Below are positions 61,369 to 64,000 of a stretch of 64,000 nt of DNA, piece after piece; within the stretch, counting starts at the first letter, position 1; each line of letters begins with the position of its first letter. A model generated the notes under the pieces. It searched no databases. It saw nothing but the letters and a program-made list of their open reading frames with translations, and was not told the origin of the DNA. This DNA is from Chloroflexota bacterium (GTDB taxonomy: Bacteria > Chloroflexota > UBA11872 > VXOZ01), in contig OY760183.1 of NCBI GenBank assembly GCA_963663275.1, positions 2,496,001 to 2,560,000 of the forward strand, read 5' to 3'. Both the position numbers and the translations under genes were made by a program.

Positions 61369-61875
61369 TTACTCTACCGGCTCGCGTGAAGCACGTTCGC
61401 CCCGGCCTCTCGTCGAAGGTAACTCCTCCGGCTCGGAATCGGCCATGGCCTCAATGAAGATCTGCACGCGTTCGTGCAGTTGCTCGAGCCGCGTGCGCAA
61501 GTCCGTTAGCGAACGCACCGCGTACTCGTCAGACTCCCGTTGCACTTCGCCGGCCTGTGTTTCCGCCTCTTCCACTATGCGGCGCGCGTTATCCTCCGCG
61601 GCCCGCACCAAGCCGTGCTCGGAGAGAATCTCCTCGGCCTGTTCGTGAGCAATCTCCACGATGCGCTCGGCCTCCAAGCGCGCTTGCTCCGGGATGCGGC
61701 TGCGCTCTTGAAGCATGCGCCGCGCCTGCCGCACTTCATCGGGTATCGACATGCGCATCTGCGCTATAACGTCCAGGCACTCTTGCTCATCCAGCATGAT
61801 CTTGTTGACGAAAGGAACTCTCTGGCCGGTGTTGACAAGCGCCTCCAGACGTTCGATTAGCGCGAATATGTCCAT
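61369..61875 (-). CDS. Conserved coiled-coil protein usually found between coaD and yceD (ATPase b-like)
   Basis: LIERLEALV...RVPF...IPDEVRQA...EAERIV...DEYA. Confidence 0.75.
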   Translation of the reverse strand: MDIFALIERLEALVNTGQRVPFVNKIMLDEQECLDVIAQMRMSIPDEVRQARRMLQERSRIPEQARLEAERIVEIAHEQAEEILSEHGLVRAAEDNARRIVEEAETQAGEVQRESDEYAVRSLTDLRTRLEQLHERVQIFIEAMADSEPEELPSTRGRGERASREPVE

Positions 61876-61962
61876 TGCGGCTACCCCCTATTTCAATCCG
61901 ACCCACCTATTTCAATGCGCCACAGACCAAACCGCGCCATTGCGATTGGCATACATAGTCCC

Positions 61963-62442
61963 TCAAGCGGCGTGAACGTCACGCAGGCGCGCCGCCACAA
62001 CGGCCGGCACGAAAGCGTCGACGTTTCCGCCCAGTTTCGCCACCTCTTTGACCAGGCTGGCGCTCAAGAACGAGTACTTGACCGAAGTCATCAGGCAAAC
62101 GACCTCTAATTCGGGACGCAGTTGCTGGTACATTGCCGACAACTGAAACTCGTACTCGAAGTCCGTTACGGCCCGCAAGCCGCGCACAAGCACCTGCGCC
62201 CCCAGGTCCCGCGCGCACTCCACGGTAAGGTTGGCAAAACTCCTCACCTGAACGTTCGGCCACCTCTCGATGGCCGACGTAAGCATTTCCACACGGTCTT
62301 CCAAGGAGAAGAGCACGTCTTTCTCAGGATTAGCATAGACTCCGACAAAGAGAATATCAAACAGCCGTGACGCTCTGGCGATGATATCGATGTGGCCGTT
62401 GGTAACCGGATCGAAGCTCCCCGGGTAGAGTGCGACGCGCAC
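61963..62442 (-). CDS. coaD: Phosphopantetheine adenylyltransferase
   Basis: YPGSFDPVTNGH, RGLRAVTDFEYE, FLSASLVKE. Confidence 0.96.
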   Translation of the reverse strand: MRVALYPGSFDPVTNGHIDIIARASRLFDILFVGVYANPEKDVLFSLEDRVEMLTSAIERWPNVQVRSFANLTVECARDLGAQVLVRGLRAVTDFEYEFQLSAMYQQLRPELEVVCLMTSVKYSFLSASLVKEVAKLGGNVDAFVPAVVAARLRDVHAA

Positions 62443-62537
62443 GTTTTTCTCAGCCTTCCCGCATTAGGAGTTTGAACGCTCGAACTATTCACATACTAGA
62501 GAACATCGTACAACAACACAATCACGGAGTGACCTTT

Positions 62538-62592
62538 AAGCGACTTCCAAGCGGCCCCTAAGCGGCCTCAAAACGGCTTCCAAGCGGCTTAC
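62538..62592. repeat. Five tandem 11-bp units (AAGCGGCTTCC-like) upstream of coaD
   Basis: aagcgacttcc / aagcggcccct / aagcggcctca / aaacggcttcc / aagcggcttac. Confidence 0.75.
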
Positions 62593-62776
62593 GACCGCCC
62601 GCGCTCTCCGCTGCTCACTCCGCTGTACGGATTCCTCCCACTTGCCCTGCGGTATTCTACCAACGACGCGCGGGTAAGACAACTTGAGCAGGGCGCGGAC
62701 TTTTCAGATTCAGGCTCGTTGTGTGGCGACAAGCGATTCCTCGCGCGCGGCGACACCCAATGTGGCATGTCCTTCT

Positions 62777-62852
62777 GTCACTCTGGGGAGCGTAGCGAAG
62801 AAGAATCTCGCGTGCGGGGCAATCGTAAGTTCCTCGCCGCGTTCGGAATGAC
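62777..62852. repeat. GTCA(T/C)TC...GAATCT...TTCCTC...CGTTCGGAATGAC palindromic repeat, same family as 42582-42683
   Basis: Shared right end cgttcggaatgac and internal gaatct. Confidence 0.7.
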
Positions 62853-62957
62853 GGAAGCGCAGGCATGTAAAGCTCCCCATTCTGGCGCTGCTATTGCCGG
62901 ATCCACCTCCGATTGCGCCGGAACGTCCGGTCTGCTAGCATAGAGTCATAGTTTCGC

Positions 62958-63714
<757 letters not shown>

Positions 63715-64000
63715 ATGCCGCTGGAGCGCAAAGACCTCCTGGACCTGGACGATTTTTCGTCAGACGAACTCATGCTGCTCCTGGATACCACTGCCGCCAT
63801 GACGGAGATTCTCTCCCGTCCCATCCGGCGCGTGCCGACGCTGCGCGGCAAGACGATCGTCAACATGTTCTACGAGGCCAGCACGCGCACCCGCTCTTCA
63901 TTCGAACTGGCCGCCAAGAATCTCTCCGCCGACCTCGTAAACGTCTCCGCCAGCCAGAGCAGCGTCGAAAAAGGGGAGTCGCTCATCGACACCATGCGCA
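63715..64000 (+). CDS. pyrB: Aspartate carbamoyltransferase catalytic subunit (5' part; continues beyond window)
   Basis: Manual translation [15 protein letters not shown]...[31 protein letters not shown]...[12 protein letters not shown]. Confidence 0.95.
   Translation, partial: MPLERKDLLDLDDFSSDELMLLLDTTAAMTEILSRPIRRVPTLRGKTIVNMFYEASTRTRSSFELAAKNLSADLVNVSASQSSVEKGESLIDTMR

Overview
High-GC bacterial chromosomal window, probably Chloroflexota. This is inferred from gene content (DUF5671-type membrane protein, atp-murA-mreB order, Gfo/Idh/MocA expansion) and is not verified. Housekeeping blocks: complete atpZ-BEFHAGDC operon followed by murA and mreB-like; yebC-ruvC-ruvA-ruvB; coaD-yceD-rpmF-fabD-fabG-accC-nusB; pyrR-pyrB with a PyrR attenuator; tRNA-Ala(GGC). 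Accessory blocks: (i) a translationally coupled signalling operon (STAS antagonist, REC-PP2C phosphatase, RsbW-like kinase, orphan binding lipoprotein, HAMP histidine kinase absent from the ORF track); (ii) a DtxR/MntR regulator with a perfect 18-bp palindrome over the promoter of a DUF151 + FecCD-type ABC operon; (iii) a PHP-like CehA/McbA metallohydrolase-archease-rtcB operon; (iv) an orphan compact nitrile hydratase alpha-like gene; (v) a eukaryote-like sterol C-24 methyltransferase (ERG6/SMT-type) beside the tRNA and a truncated gene remnant. Intergenic DNA holds four families of short palindromic repeats and five unrelated degenerate tandem arrays (11, 18, 18, 21, 22-23 bp units), each beside such a palindrome. 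No CRISPR-Cas, integrase or intact transposase was seen. All calls are from motif recognition by eye; no searches were run.
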